Positions 12,547 through 25,076 of a stretch of 64,000 bases of DNA are shown one piece after another. Source of the DNA: Paraspadella gotoi (lineage: Eukaryota > Animalia > Chaetognatha); NCBI GenBank assembly GCA_051294375.1, contig CM119264.1, positions 31,066,135 through 31,130,134 of the forward strand, given 5' to 3'. The position numbers and the translations under genes are program-made. Below the pieces are notes generated by a model that did not search any database, was not told the origin of the DNA, and was given only the letters and a program-made list of their open reading frames with translations. The first letter of the stretch is position 1, and every line of letters begins with the position of its first letter.

Positions 12547-13214
12547 TTTAAATTATGAATTGTGTTAGTGAAAGATCAATAAAGAAGAAGAGAGAGAGAG
12601 AGAGAAAGAAATGGTCAAGTTTAAAGTTTCCAACAAAGGGTTGATAGTGGTTAGAGGTGAGGACAGATTTATGATTAGGCCAGATTGAGTAAGTTGTGAA
12701 AAAGAAGTGAAATATGGTCAAAGAGAGAGACAATTACATTTGAGCAATGTACAATAAAGATATAATGAAAAAACTTGACTATTAATACTTTAAAAATAAA
12801 TAAATAATTTAAGCAAAAAGTTGTTTTAGTAAAGTTTGAAATTTCAATTTTTTAACTTTTAATTTTCAATTTTCAAAAAATTTTCAAACTTTACTAAAAC
12901 AACTTTTAGCTTAAATTATTTATTCATTTCTAAAGTGTTAATAGTCAAGTTTTTTCATTATATCTTTGTTTTACATTGCTCAAATGTAATTGTCTCTCTC
13001 TCTCCATCTCTCTCTCTCTCTCTCTCTTTGGCCATATTTCACTTCTTTTTCACAACTTACTCAATCTGGCCTAATCTTAAATTTGTCCTCACCTTTAACC
13101 ACTATCAACCCTTTGTTGGAAACTTTAAACTTGACCATTTCTTTTTCTCTCTCTCTCTCTCTCTCTTCTTCTTCTTCTTTATTGATTTTTCACTAACACA
13201 ATTCATAATTTAAA

Positions 13215-13259
13215 AAGTGCTAATGAAGGCTTGCACTAAAGCCGAAACATGTCCTACTT
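13215..13259 (+). ncRNA. Minimal hammerhead ribozyme motif (G5 changed to A)
   Basis: aagtg CTAATGA a ggctt gcacta aagcc GAAAC ATGT C ctactt. Confidence 0.6.
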
Positions 13260-13386
13260 ATGTTAATACAAAATCGTTGTTTGTAACAAAATAAAAACTT
13301 TTTCTCTAGACAAGAAAGATGAAATTTTAGTACAAAAATAAACTCTCCCTTAGATTATTGGGATCAGGGTGAATCAGGGTTAGATT

Positions 13387-14033
13387 CAAACTTTGTCAAT
13401 GGGGTGGGTCAGAAGTTTGATTTGGCGCGGAATACTTTTCCAAATCAGAACGACTTCAAGTGCATTTCTGAGACAACGAACTTTCAATCGGGATTCGCAG
13501 AAAAGAATTTTTTGCTGAAAAATCTGCTAGAGTAGACATCATAGTGAATCTTATCGTGCTTTAATAAAATATCTTATTTATCAGATAGGCCAGCACTCGT
13601 ATAAAAATATTTTTTTGAAATTTCGTGCATTTATAAAAGCAGATTCAAATAGCTTATAAAAAGTTATCTACACCAAGTATAATTCTTTTTTAAATATTTT
13701 GATGATAAGTTGGTTAAAATTGGAAAAAACCTTAAAAAATCATCATCTTTTGATGATTTTAACAGTTTTTACTAATTTTTAATAATAAAACATAAAAATT
13801 TTAAAAAGTTGTAATTATATTTTTGCTTAACTTTTTAAGCTCTATCAGAATCAATTAAAAAAATTTAAAATATTCAAAAACAATTTTTGACATTATATAG
13901 CAATATAAAAATATTAATTAGCGAATTACTCATGGTTCAGAACATTTTTGCAAAAAAAATATTTTAACACAATAATTAATACCAATAATGGATTATTTTA
14001 ATGCTGTTCCTATTAAAATTTGCATTTGGTCGG
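13387..14033 (+). repeat. ~600-bp dispersed repeat; second copy at ~14842-15384
   Basis: Both copies start caaactttgtcaatggggtgggtcagaagtttgatttgg and end atgctgttcc.attaaaatttg.atttggtcgg. Confidence 0.8.
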
Positions 14034-14454
14034 GGTCAGGGTGAATGAAGTTTAATATCTGATATTTTGTTATTTTTATATTCCCTACACCTCATTAATT
14101 ACCATCTTAATTATCTCCTTAGAAATAATTGTTTTTCGACCTCAAGCTTTCAATTATCTCACTACAATCATGTGTAAAAAAAATCGCCACTTTTCATCTG
14201 CTTTTACAAACTGCCCTCCAATCCATAATCTATTCTTTAAATTTAAAATTATAACAGTTAAATGAGGTTATTTTAAAATAAAATTTTTTATGAATTTTAA
14301 CAAAATGAGATTTTCTGTTCGGGCTGTAAAAAAAAATATTTGAATGTAAAACTAAAAAAGGGCAAAATCATAACAATTTTAGATTTGTTGCTTTTACTGT
14401 TAAATTAAAAATAAACCAACATGCATTTTATTTATTATTTAATTTTTTTGATGT

Positions 14455-16031
14455 ACCCCGTGTCCGTTTGCGAGTGACACAAAAAAAATGTGTACCATTT
14501 CTCATTGGATAAATATTTGTAAAATTTTTATCGTCGCAATCGCTAAGCGATTGCGACGATTATAGTAACCGCTTTTGCCCATTAAGTGGGCGTTCGTCGT
14601 CGTTCCAAATTAAAGATCGCCTTTTTTATGATTAAATTTGGGTGTATAAGCTGAAAATTTATACAGCTTCTCAATCATCGATGTGTTTAAAATTGAGTCT
14701 GGACAGTTATTAAATATGTTTTGTTTATGTTTTATCAAAACAAATAAATTTTCTCTCTTTATTCTCTCTCTCTTTCTCTTTTAATTACGTCTCTCTCCCT
14801 CTCTCTTTTCCCTAGTCACTGATTCATAATCATAGTAGAGCCAAACTTTGTCAATGGGGTGGGTCAGAAGTTTGATTTGGGAAACTTTCCAAATGAAACT
14901 TCAAACATTCTGAGAAAACTTTCAATGGAGCAAAATTTTCTAAAATGGCAAGAAGCATTAGTACTTAATTTTTTAATATTTATTTATAGATAGGAAATGT
15001 CAAAAATTTTTTATATTTTAAAAGCAGATTCAAATAGCTTATGAAAAGTTATCTACACAAAGTATAATTATTTTTTCAATATTTTGATAAGTGGGTTTAA
15101 ATTGAGAAAAAACCTTAAAACATCATCATCATCATCCAATGATTTTTAGCAGTTTTTACTAATTTTTGTAATAAACATAAAAATTTAAAAAAGTTGTAAT
15201 TATATTTTTTGCTTAACTTTTTAAGCTCTATCATAATCAATTAAAAAAACTTAAAATATCCAAAAAAAATTAGTGAATTACTCATGGTTCGGAACATTTT
15301 TGAAAAAAAATATTTTAAAACAATAATTAATACCAATAATGGATTAGTTTAATGCTGTTCCCATTAAAATTTGAATTTGGTCGGCTACCGCTAATCATAG
15401 GGAAAAAAACGAGCCTACAGCTGGCTCTGCAGGGCTTATTCTTTTTCTCTCTTTTCTCCTGCTGCTTCTGCTGCTGCTTTTTGATTTCTTTCTTTTCTCT
15501 CTCTCTCTCTCTCTATTTAATCTTTAAAAAAAAGAAAATCATTATAAATTAATTATTCATTAAATACTTAAAATTATTAAAATTAATTTACACCATTAAA
15601 TTTAGAATTATCTGGGAATCCATACTATATAAAATAATTATTCAAAACAGTCAAGATCATGCTCAGGACAGCATTTTATCTAATTTGATGAATGAAGAAA
15701 ACTTAAAATTTACAATTAATAAAATAAATAAAAAATCACTATTCAAAAATTATTCAACATTACGATAATTCAGATATGCTATTGATTAGACTATTAATAA
15801 GGATTTTTTATGATATAATTTTTAAATAAAAATTCAATCAAGAACACGCCTAAGTGGTCTTTTTTAGATAAAAAAATTAAAGAATAGTAAATGAATTAAA
15901 CACAAAATGAAACTTATACATAAAATACGTCAAGTAGTACTCCAACTAATGATATACTTATGAATTATGTTTATTAAATATTTACAGTATAGTAAAGATT
16001 TGTTTGGTGTCACTCGCGAACAGACACGGGG
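14455..16031. mobile_element. MITE of the 10450 family, expanded by nested insertions
   Basis: TIRs taccccgtgtccgtttgcgagtgacac / gtgtcactcgcgaacagacacgggg; subterminal sequences match 10450-10921; contains a perfect 15-bp-arm hairpin at 14530-14560 and the 14842-15384 repeat. Confidence 0.7.
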
Positions 16032-17304
16032 AGGGGGGGGTTTCCTTTCCTGATTTGTAACATATTTCGGGAACTGGAACAGGACGCAGTGCCAAACTAA
16101 ACTGGAACAGGACGCACTGCCAAACTAAACTCCAAGCAAAAAAAGCAGGCTTAGAAATCGATATAATTCTTAAGAAATGTGTCCGTCTATCTGCCTTCAG
16201 TTTGATCTTTTATTACTCAATTTTTTTATAATTTAAAATAAAATTTAATGGACCGTTTGTGATTTTGGTGATGTGGCGCATTGATTATCTTAAATTTTTT
16301 ATAAATTTTTTTTGTTATAACTTGAGCAAGCTATTTTTTTTAATATTCTTATTAGACTTAGTAAATGAATTTTTTTGTGTTTTATCATAACTCGTGTTTT
16401 AAGCCGATGATTATAAAACTATTATTTTAATTATAATAATAATAATGGTAAAAATATTAATACTAATGAGGAATTTGACATTAAAAAAAGCTAAAAATCA
16501 TACTGATAGTAGAAATAATGATGAAAATTTTGCAATAATGCAACCATTAATATTATTAAAAGTAATAGTTTTGAAATCTGGTTTTTGTTATTAAAAAAAT
16601 TATTCACTAATGATTTTTTTAGCAATTATTAAGACATACTATTTAGGACTGCATTACTGAGTTACTTAAGTCATGTTTTTATCATTTTTAAAAATTGAAA
16701 TAGTCCTACATCGGTAATGCATGCTTAACCCCCTTTATTTATTTTAATTTTTAAAAAGTTCATTTTGCTTGATTTATATTGATTTTATCCCAGCCGTTAT
16801 TGTTTCGCATTGTATTTCGGAAGGAAAAAATTATTTAAATATTAAACAATAAAATATAATAACTGTATATTATGAATATTATTCTACTACAAAGTTTTTA
16901 TTTAATTCGTGAAAGATTATCCTATAAAATATTGTAATTTCTATTTTTTTTTTTTTTTTATAGATCGGAGAGATTAAGAAAAATATAAATTTAAAACAAG
17001 TCTTAACAAAATAGTAGAAGATTTTTTTTAATTTTGGTTATAAAGATTTTAATTCATACCTTCCATTTTGCCTTAGACTTACTGTTATAGTTATTTCATT
17101 TATTTGTAATCAATTAATATCAAGTAGTAAAACAATTTCTTTTAATTTAATTTAATTAGAAACTATTTTCGTTGTTCTAACTTTTCAAAATCATAAAAAA
17201 CTTGATCTTATTACAAATTATAATAGAATAACTAAATTACGATTAATTGATCTTCCATTAATTTGGCCCATGTTTGGGTTGAAGAAATTCTTATTGAAGA
17301 TTTC

Positions 17305-20300
17305 TTTTTTAGTCAGATCTACCTATCAGCAGATTTCGACTCTATAATTCACTTTGTCGGTCCGCCCCCTCAATCTTGTCGAGCATTAACGTAAATCATG
17401 TCAGGACATCAAATTATGATAGATTATGCAAAAAAAATGTTTGTCCAGCCGTCTGTCTGTCTGTCCGTCCCCCCTTAGCAAAAACTCCAATTACTCGTGA
17501 TTGGGGGGTTGGATTGGAATGACATTTTATGTGTAGGTAGGAAAGTGTATGATTGAAATGGATATAAAGATTTGATGGAATCGTACGAGTGGAAATGAGT
17601 TTAAATGGAAAAAAACATAAGTCACTTTTATTAGAATCTTTTTACTAATTTTAACCCATAATTACACTAATTAATAATAATTGGATGGATCGATTGTGAT
17701 GAAATTTTGTGTGTGGGTAGGAAAGTGTGTGATGGAGCAGAATATAAAGTTTAGATGGAATCGAGGAGTGGAAATGAGTTTGCATGAAAAAACCCAGTCA
17801 AGTTGACTTAAAATTTTAATATTTATGCTTACTCCTAAATGTTTTAATTAGTTAATTGATTAATTAGTTATAATGAAAAAATGGTGTGAATTGGAAAAAT
17901 GGTGCGAATTAGAAATATGGTGCATATTTAAAAAATGGCGCGTATTTAAAAAATGGTGCAAATTTTAAAAAATGATGCGAATTTAAAAAATGATGCAAGT
18001 TAAAAAAATGATGCAAGTGTAAAAATGGTGCGAGTTAAAAAAATGATGCAAGTGGAAAAATGGTGCGAGTTAAAAAAATGGTGCGAGTTGAAAAATGGTG
18101 CGAGTGAAAAAATGTCTCAAGGTTTAAAAAAATGATTGCAAGTGGAAAAATCGTGCCGAGTTAAAAAAATGATGCAAGTGGAAAAATGATGTGCGAGTTT
18201 AAAAAAATGATGCAAGTGGAAAAATTGCGTGCGAGTTAAAAAATGATGCAAGTGGAAAAATGGTTGCGAGTTTAAAAAAATGATGCACAGTGGAAAAATG
18301 GTGCGAGTTAAAAAAAAAATGATGCAAGTGGAAAATGGTGCGAGTTAAAAAATGATGCAAGGTGGAAAAATGGTGCGAGTTATAAAAAAATGTGCAATGG
18401 AAAATGGTGCGAGTTAAAAAAATGATGCAAGTGAAAAATGGCTGCGAGTTAAAAAAAATGATGCAAGTGGCAAAAATAGGTGCGATGTTAAAAAAATGAT
18501 GCAAGTGGTGCAAAAAATGGTGCGAGTTAAAAAAATGATGCAAGTTGGAAAAATGGTGCGAGTTAAAAAATGATGCAAGCTGAAAAATGGTGCGAGTTAA
18601 AAAAAATGATGCCAAGTGAAAAATGGTGCGAGTTAAAAAAATGATGCAAGTGGAAAAATGGTGCGAGTTAAAAAAAATGATGCAAGTGGAAAAATGGTGC
18701 GAGTTAAAAAATGATGCAAGTGGAAAAATGGTGCGAGTTAAAAAAATGATGCAAGTGGAAAAATGGTGCGGAGTTAAAAAAATGATGCAAGTGGAAAAAA
18801 TGGTGCGAGTTAAAAAAATGATGCAAGTGGAAAAATGGTGCGAGTTAAAAAAATGATGCAAGTGGAAAAATGGTGCGAGTTAAAAAATGATGCAAGTGGA
18901 AAAATGGTGCGAGTTAAAAAAATGATGCAAGTGGAAAAATGGTTGCGAGTTAAAAAAATGATGCAAGATGGAAAAATGGTGCGAGTTAAAAAAATGATGC
19001 AAGTGGAAAAATGGTGCGAGTTAAAAAAATGATGCAAGTGGAAAAATGGTGCGAGTTTAAAAAAAATGATGCAAGTGAAAAATGGTGCGAGTTAAAAAAT
19101 GATGCAAGTGGAAAAATGGTGCGAGTTAAAAAAATGATGCAAGTGGAAAAATGGTGGCAGTAAAAAAATGATGCAAGTGGAAAAATGGTGCGAGTTAAAA
19201 AAATATGCAAGTGGAAAAATTGGTGCGAGTTAAAAAAATGATGCAAGTGGAAAAATGAGTGCGAGTTTAGTAGAAGAAATGGTGCGATAGTTAGAAAAAT
19301 GGCCCCGTATCTTTATAACCAAAACATAAAAGTGGATGCAAATTAAAAAATGATGCGAAGTTTAATAATCATGGATGCCAAGTGTTAACCACAAAATGAT
19401 GCGGCAAGTGCGTTAAACTAATGCTCGTGCGTGAATGTAAAAATACATGATGCAAGGTGCGAACAACAATAGATCGCGGTGTGCACGCGAGGTAACACGA
19501 AATAGATGGTGTGCGGCGATTGTTGAAAAAATGTAGTTAGCCGCTCGAAGACCGAGAGAAACAGTTGGTCGGTTGTGCACCAATCGTGTACAAAAATAAT
19601 GATTTGCCAATCAAGTCTGTGTGAAGGGAAACAAAATAAATATGGCGTTGGCTGGGAAGTCTAAAAAAATGGATGCAAGTGGAAAAAATGCGTGCTCGTT
19701 ATAGTTAAAAATATTCGATGCAAAGTGGAACAAATGGCTGCACAGTGTTAAAAAACGATGATGCAAGTGAACAAATGGGGCGAGTTTAAAAAAATGATGC
19801 GAATGTGCGAAAAATGGTGGCGAGTTAAAATAACTGACTCTAGCTAAGTGATAAACATCTTGTGCGAGGTTAAAAATAATGCATGGCAAGTGCGAGCAAG
19901 ATGGTCTGACCGAGTAAAGAAAATGCACTGCAAGCTGAAAAGAATGTTCTGCGATGCGTATAATTCAAAATGACTAGTTGCCGAAGTATGTGTCGCAATA
20001 AACTGGGTGCGAGTTAAAAACCAATCGATGCAAGCTGCGAAAAATGGTGCAGAGCTTAAAATAAATGACCTGCAAGTGGACAAAAATGCGTGTCGACTGG
20101 GATGGTTAAACAACTAGATTCGATTTGCAGTGGCAAAAAAATGGTTGACGAGTTAAAAAAAATGATGCAAGTGGCATAAAAGACGGGAGGCGACAATACG
20201 TTCGTCTGCGTGAGGCGTTTAAAAAAATGATGCAAGTGGAAAAATGGTGCGAGTTTAAAAAAAGTTGAAAAAATAATAATAGTTAAAAAAATTAAATATC

Positions 20301-20378
20301 GTCATTTATCATCTGATTAGCTGATTACCGCTTAATTATCGAAGGCAGATCTGACTTTGTTTGCTCAAACTTATTTTT
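17305..20378 (+). mobile_element. Helentron-associated (HINE/DINE-1-like) non-autonomous element carrying a central satellite
   Basis: T-run, then subTIR agtcagatctacc (17311-17323) with a partial inverted repeat, a GTCY microsatellite (~17450-17470), a tandem array, matching 3' subTIR ggcagatctgact (20344-20356), short hairpin gtttgctcaaac and a T-run. Confidence 0.7.
17875..20256. repeat. 35-bp satellite array (dimer of ~17-18-bp monomers)
   Basis: Unit aaaaatggtgcgagttaaaaaaatgatgcaagtgg, period 35 at 18801/18836/18871; degraded and noisy over ~19260-20220. Confidence 0.95.
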
Positions 20379-21547
20379 TAAATATTTTGTTTCAACTTGC
20401 CTGTAGAATGTTTTTTATAGAAAAACCAAAACAATACCAAAATGGGATTTAGCTAGCGTTGCTTAGTGAATAATAGGTATTTAGGTATTTTGAGGCAATT
20501 TTAATGAGTTCAGTTAACATTATTTTTTTTGGTGTTTTAGATTTTCCACTTTGTTGCCTCATCCCATTTTACATTGTCTTTTAGAATGTTATCTTTTCTT
20601 TTATCGCTGTAATTGATGACCAGTATTAATGATAAATCTTTCTTATTTGTACTACAACCCAACGGGAGATAAATAAATATATTTACTTTCTTAGTTTTTT
20701 ACAAAAGTGTTTAAATTCGTTGTATTCGAAAACTAAAAAAATATTGTGAATTCTACATGTATCTTTCAGCTCACTTTTTTGTTACTTTGTGTCGAAGTTG
20801 GGTTCAGAACAGTTTTTTTTTTTTGGCCAAGGTTTTTTTTTTTTAATTTTCAAATATAATCATGGGTTTAAATTTTCACTGTTCAAAATGTAATTAAGCG
20901 GATTTATGTAATATTTTACTGGTTTTACAGTTTTTATTTTTAATAAATACAGTCATTGAATAAAAATATTGTTCGTGGATTTATTTCTTTAAAAAAGTTT
21001 AGCGTATACTTCACTTGGTATATTTTGCAGCTTTGAGCTTTGCATAGATTAATATTTAGACGAGTTTAAGTATACGCAAATTCATGCGTATTTATTTTTA
21101 TAATTTTCAGGTTAAAAATGAGGTTAATTCAAAAAATAAAATAAGTGATAACAATCAACTTGAATTAGCCTGAAGTGGCAAAGAATGCTGAAATTTACCA
21201 TTTGTACAGTTATGTGAATAAAACGCTTAGTGGGCTAAAGTGAGAAGATGTGTTTCGTAATTGCATTAACCCCCACTTGGAGCATTGGATCGGGTCCTAG
21301 GCTCGGCAAAGGGGTCGTACGCTTGCTTCGTTCACGTGAAGTACGACCCCTCCGTTTTCCCTACGAGTGGGAGGACTGAATTGGGGGGGGGGGAAACTGG
21401 GCATTGCCTCTTATACTAACAAATATGTCAAAAGTTGTATATACTTAGATTTGGCAACTATCAGTTGACAGCTACCGGCGTTGCTGCAACCCTATTGGCT
21501 TAAAAATGAGTTTTATGGTGGACTAAAATCCACCAACCGTTCGTCAG

Positions 21548-21905
21548 AGGCCATTAGTGCCGGAGGCAAGTCATTCGCCTACCAACCCAAAGGTCCGGGG
21601 TTCTAGCCCGGTGGTCGCCTAGCAGATAAGAGGGACGGGGCGCTTAACCCGCCTGTAACACGGTGTTACAGCCTGATCCGAAGCTCAGGGACTGCTTACA
21701 TTGAACGGTTCTGTCACTAACATACAACAATCATTACTGTTTTCTTTCATCCGTGTGCGAAAATGAGTAAGTGGAATGGGATATCTACTCTACCTCTATA
21801 TCTACGGTTCTTAGGTATGTGAGGCATTAAGCACCTTATGGCATCAGGGCAACAGTTGTGATGCCCCATGGTCTAAGTGGTAAGAACGGTCGGTGCTTCG
21901 TTAAT
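21548..21905 (+). mobile_element. tRNA-headed SINE-like element with a structured body
   Basis: Head ggccattagtgccggaggc...ctaccaacc...ggggttctagcccggtggtcgcc with A- and B-box-like motifs; a related inverted head lies at ~22635-22685; internal hairpins follow. Confidence 0.5.
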
Positions 21906-22051
21906 CCATTTAATTTTATTTTCCCTCTAGCGTCGAGTCTCAGTTTGCGCAATAATATACATTTTTTTTATGCAGTAATACAAATTTTTTAAAAAATTTT
22001 ATAATTAATAATAATTGTTTTAAGTTTATTTTACTTAATATTTTTATGTTT

Positions 22052-22324
22052 GAGGTAGAAAATAAAACATAAATTTCGGACATGTTTCGGCTTCAATGTA
22101 AGTCTTCATCAGCGCAAAAATGAATTGATTTGTGAAACAAATATTTTTACAGACTCTCTCTCTTCAAACTTCAAAGTCTGTAAAAATATTTTTTTCACAA
22201 ATCAATGTTTTTGCGCTGATTGATGCCGAAACATGTCCGAACTTTGTTTTTTAATAAAACTCGTTGTACGTAATCAAACAATTCATTTTCCACCTCTAAA
22301 AAATAACGCAACGAAATGAAAGGA
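22052..22324. mobile_element. Penelope-like foldback element with a hammerhead motif
   Basis: Inverted arms centred at ~22160, with ends gaggtagaaa.../...ttttccacctc and tail aacgcaacgaaatgaaagga; a related copy lacking the centre lies at 55142-55300. Confidence 0.75.
22074..22119 (-). ncRNA. Minimal type I hammerhead ribozyme with intact catalytic core
   Basis: Reverse complement reads ttttgcg CTGATGA a gactt acattg aagcc GAAAC ATGT C cgaaa; all core nucleotides and the GUC site are present. Confidence 0.7.
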
Positions 22325-23365
22325 AAAACAATATTTTGATGTTATAATTTTTAAACGGTTAGCAATTGGGTTAAGGGTGGAGGGTGGTTAGGGATTAGGG
22401 GTGGTTAGTAGAGTGATGTGGTTAAGATTAGGGGAGATTTCGAAATAAAATTTGTAATAAAAAGTTTTTGGCTAAATTTTACTTTCGCCGACCGCGGTTT
22501 TGGCGGCTTTTGAAAAATTATTTAAAAATATATATTTTTAAACAAATATTACTTAATTACCCTAATCCTAAACCTTTTTAACCATACCCATGTTATTGGC
22601 GAGTCTATGCTAGGACTTTCGCACGCGTGTACGTGAAGGGATTGAACCCGGAAATCAAGGTTGGTAAGCGACTGACGAGCTAAGTTAGCATATACTATAC
22701 TATACTATATGATATAGTCATGGGAATTTAGAACAACTGAACAACTGAATATTTATGAATTTAAGAATTTGGAAAATATGGAAAGTTGTAATTTCGAAGA
22801 GAAAAAATCGTTTTACTCCCGAGTCTAACATTGATAGGGAAGCCAGGTACTCTGGGAATGATGTCATTATCTTGTAAGAGTGATGGAGGCCTTAAACCAT
22901 CAAAGCCTGTCCAAAGTCAGGGGAAAGATAGCTTATTTATTAAATGAATGGATAATTTTTATATTGGTTGTACCAATTACATTTAAAACTAATTTTAACC
23001 AAAAAAAAGCAAAGAACAAAATTCGACGTGAATGAGTTAAAATTTTAAAACGAGAATTTTTAAATGTTCTCTCTCGCCGACGATCATTGACTTCGATCAA
23101 CAAAAAAAACAAACAAAAAAAAAACAAATAACTATTTTTAAAGTTTTTCTTTTCTCTCTTACCATTTAATCATTAACCAAAGGAACGCTATTCGTATTCG
23201 CTATAGTTATGGTGATATATTAAGTAATACTAATCGCTATACTAAACGTTATACGTAATCGTGAACTTCCAACTAAAATCTTGAGTGCATCTTTTCTCCA
23301 GTTGACTCTTTTTTGCATCAGCGACACAAATCCTTTGATGCTGCAATTCTTACCGAGAAAACCAT

Positions 23366-23469
<104 letters not shown>

Positions 23470-23670
23470 ATATGTTAACACACTTTCTTCTCTCCATCCT
23501 AGTCAATATCTAAGATTTTCACTCTCTCTCGCTCTCTATCCCACCCCGCCAACCTCTCTCTCTCTATCTTTGGCTCCGGAACCTCGCGCGTATATCTTCC
23601 GTCCGCCTTTCGCCTTTCGCTTCCACGGCCAGGGAATGAGTTTGGTCTGACCCTGGGACCAAAATTAGGT

Positions 23671-23740
23671 GAGCCAATCAGGGACGCTTCTCTCCTCTCG
23701 TTTCGACCAATCAGCGTTCGAGATTCGCCTGACGTCACTG
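23671..23740 (+). promoter_or_regulatory. Putative Pol II promoter: two CCAAT boxes plus a CRE
   Basis: agccaatcag (CCAAT at 23674), gaccaatcag (CCAAT at 23707) and palindromic tgacgtca (23730-23737) in a CpG-rich patch. Confidence 0.5.
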
Positions 23741-23955
23741 AGCTCGGCGCGTAACTGGGTCAAGCATATTTGAGGTTACTGGGTTGCGTTTTCATAAAAA
23801 AAAGGGAGTCCTCTCGCTCTCTATATATCTCTTCTTCTCTCTCTCCATCTCTAGATTTTATTTCATTTTATGATAATTTTATTTAAAAAAATAAAAATAA
23901 AGAATATTGGTTTGAACTTCGGGGGGGGAAACCGAGTAACGAGTTGATGACACGA

Positions 23956-23990
<35 letters not shown>

Positions 23991-24141
23991 TCTTTTCTCC
24001 GGTTTTTCTCTTCTTTTTTTCCCAGTAACGCACTCGGCCCGTCGTCGTCGTCATCGTCGTCGTCGTCTGTTTCAGTGTCATTGTCGTCTTCGTCCTGGCA
24101 GTGGTTGTTGTTGTTGTCATCTCTCTCTTCTCTCTCATCTC

Positions 24142-24207
<66 letters not shown>

Positions 24208-24269
24208 CTCGATCTCTCTCGAACTCATCTTGTAATCTGGGGTAAAGATCGTTGACCGAGCATCTCTCA

Positions 24270-24330
<61 letters not shown>

Positions 24331-24421
24331 TCTCTTTTTTTTTTCCGATTTAAGTTTAACGCCCTAAATTGTCTGTCGGTCGTTTCGGGCAAAGACCTGG
24401 GCTGAGTCGTCGTGGTCGTCG

Positions 24422-24468
<47 letters not shown>

Positions 24469-24949
24469 TCAGTTATCGTTTTGCATCGACGATTTAACAA
24501 AGAAATAAACTAAAACCGAAATAAATTTAAAAAAATACTTGTTTAAGTGCGATTCTTCTTTTTCCCCCCGAAGATTTAAACCAGTTGTGTTCGTAACTTT
24601 TTGATTTTTCGAAGAAAAAAAATGTATTACTCATCGAACTAATGATGTAATAAAAGAAAATACCCTTTTTTGGCACTTAATTTTTGATAAGTTTTATGAA
24701 TTATTTTACACAACCTGAACAGAGCTAATTATTCCTAACCTAATCACTAACTTAATCCATTACTAATCTCTAAGTAATCCCTAACTAATCTCTATACAAA
24801 TATTATTTAAAAACGATCTTGATGTTGAATGTAATGTAATGTAAGGCCATCTTAAACTCTAAATTTCAAAATGTGTTTTTAGATAAATCTTGAATTTAAT
24901 AGTAATCGCTAATTCTAATAACTACACTTTTTTTCTCTTTCTCTCTCTC

Positions 24950-25076
<127 letters not shown>

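Larger units (their letters stand above)
12412..13308. mobile_element. Penelope-like foldback element: ~400-bp inverted arms, each with a hammerhead motif; 12-bp TSD
   Basis: 12447-12844 is the reverse complement of 12879-13308; gacaagaaagat flanks both sides (12400-12411, 13309-13320); hammerhead cores at 12508-12541 (-) and 13220-13253 (+). Confidence 0.8.

Noticed and set aside
18199-19246. ORFs in the 35-bp array, and its superficial CRISPR-like periodicity
   Set aside because: Head-to-tail satellite with no unique spacers and no cas genes; eukaryotic context.
19260-20220. Apparently diverged satellite segment
   Set aside because: The insertion-dominated noise pattern fits a low-quality long read rather than real divergence.
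21548-21620. Functional tRNA gene
   Set aside because: The cloverleaf and T-loop are imperfect and it runs into a repeat-like body; better explained as a SINE head.
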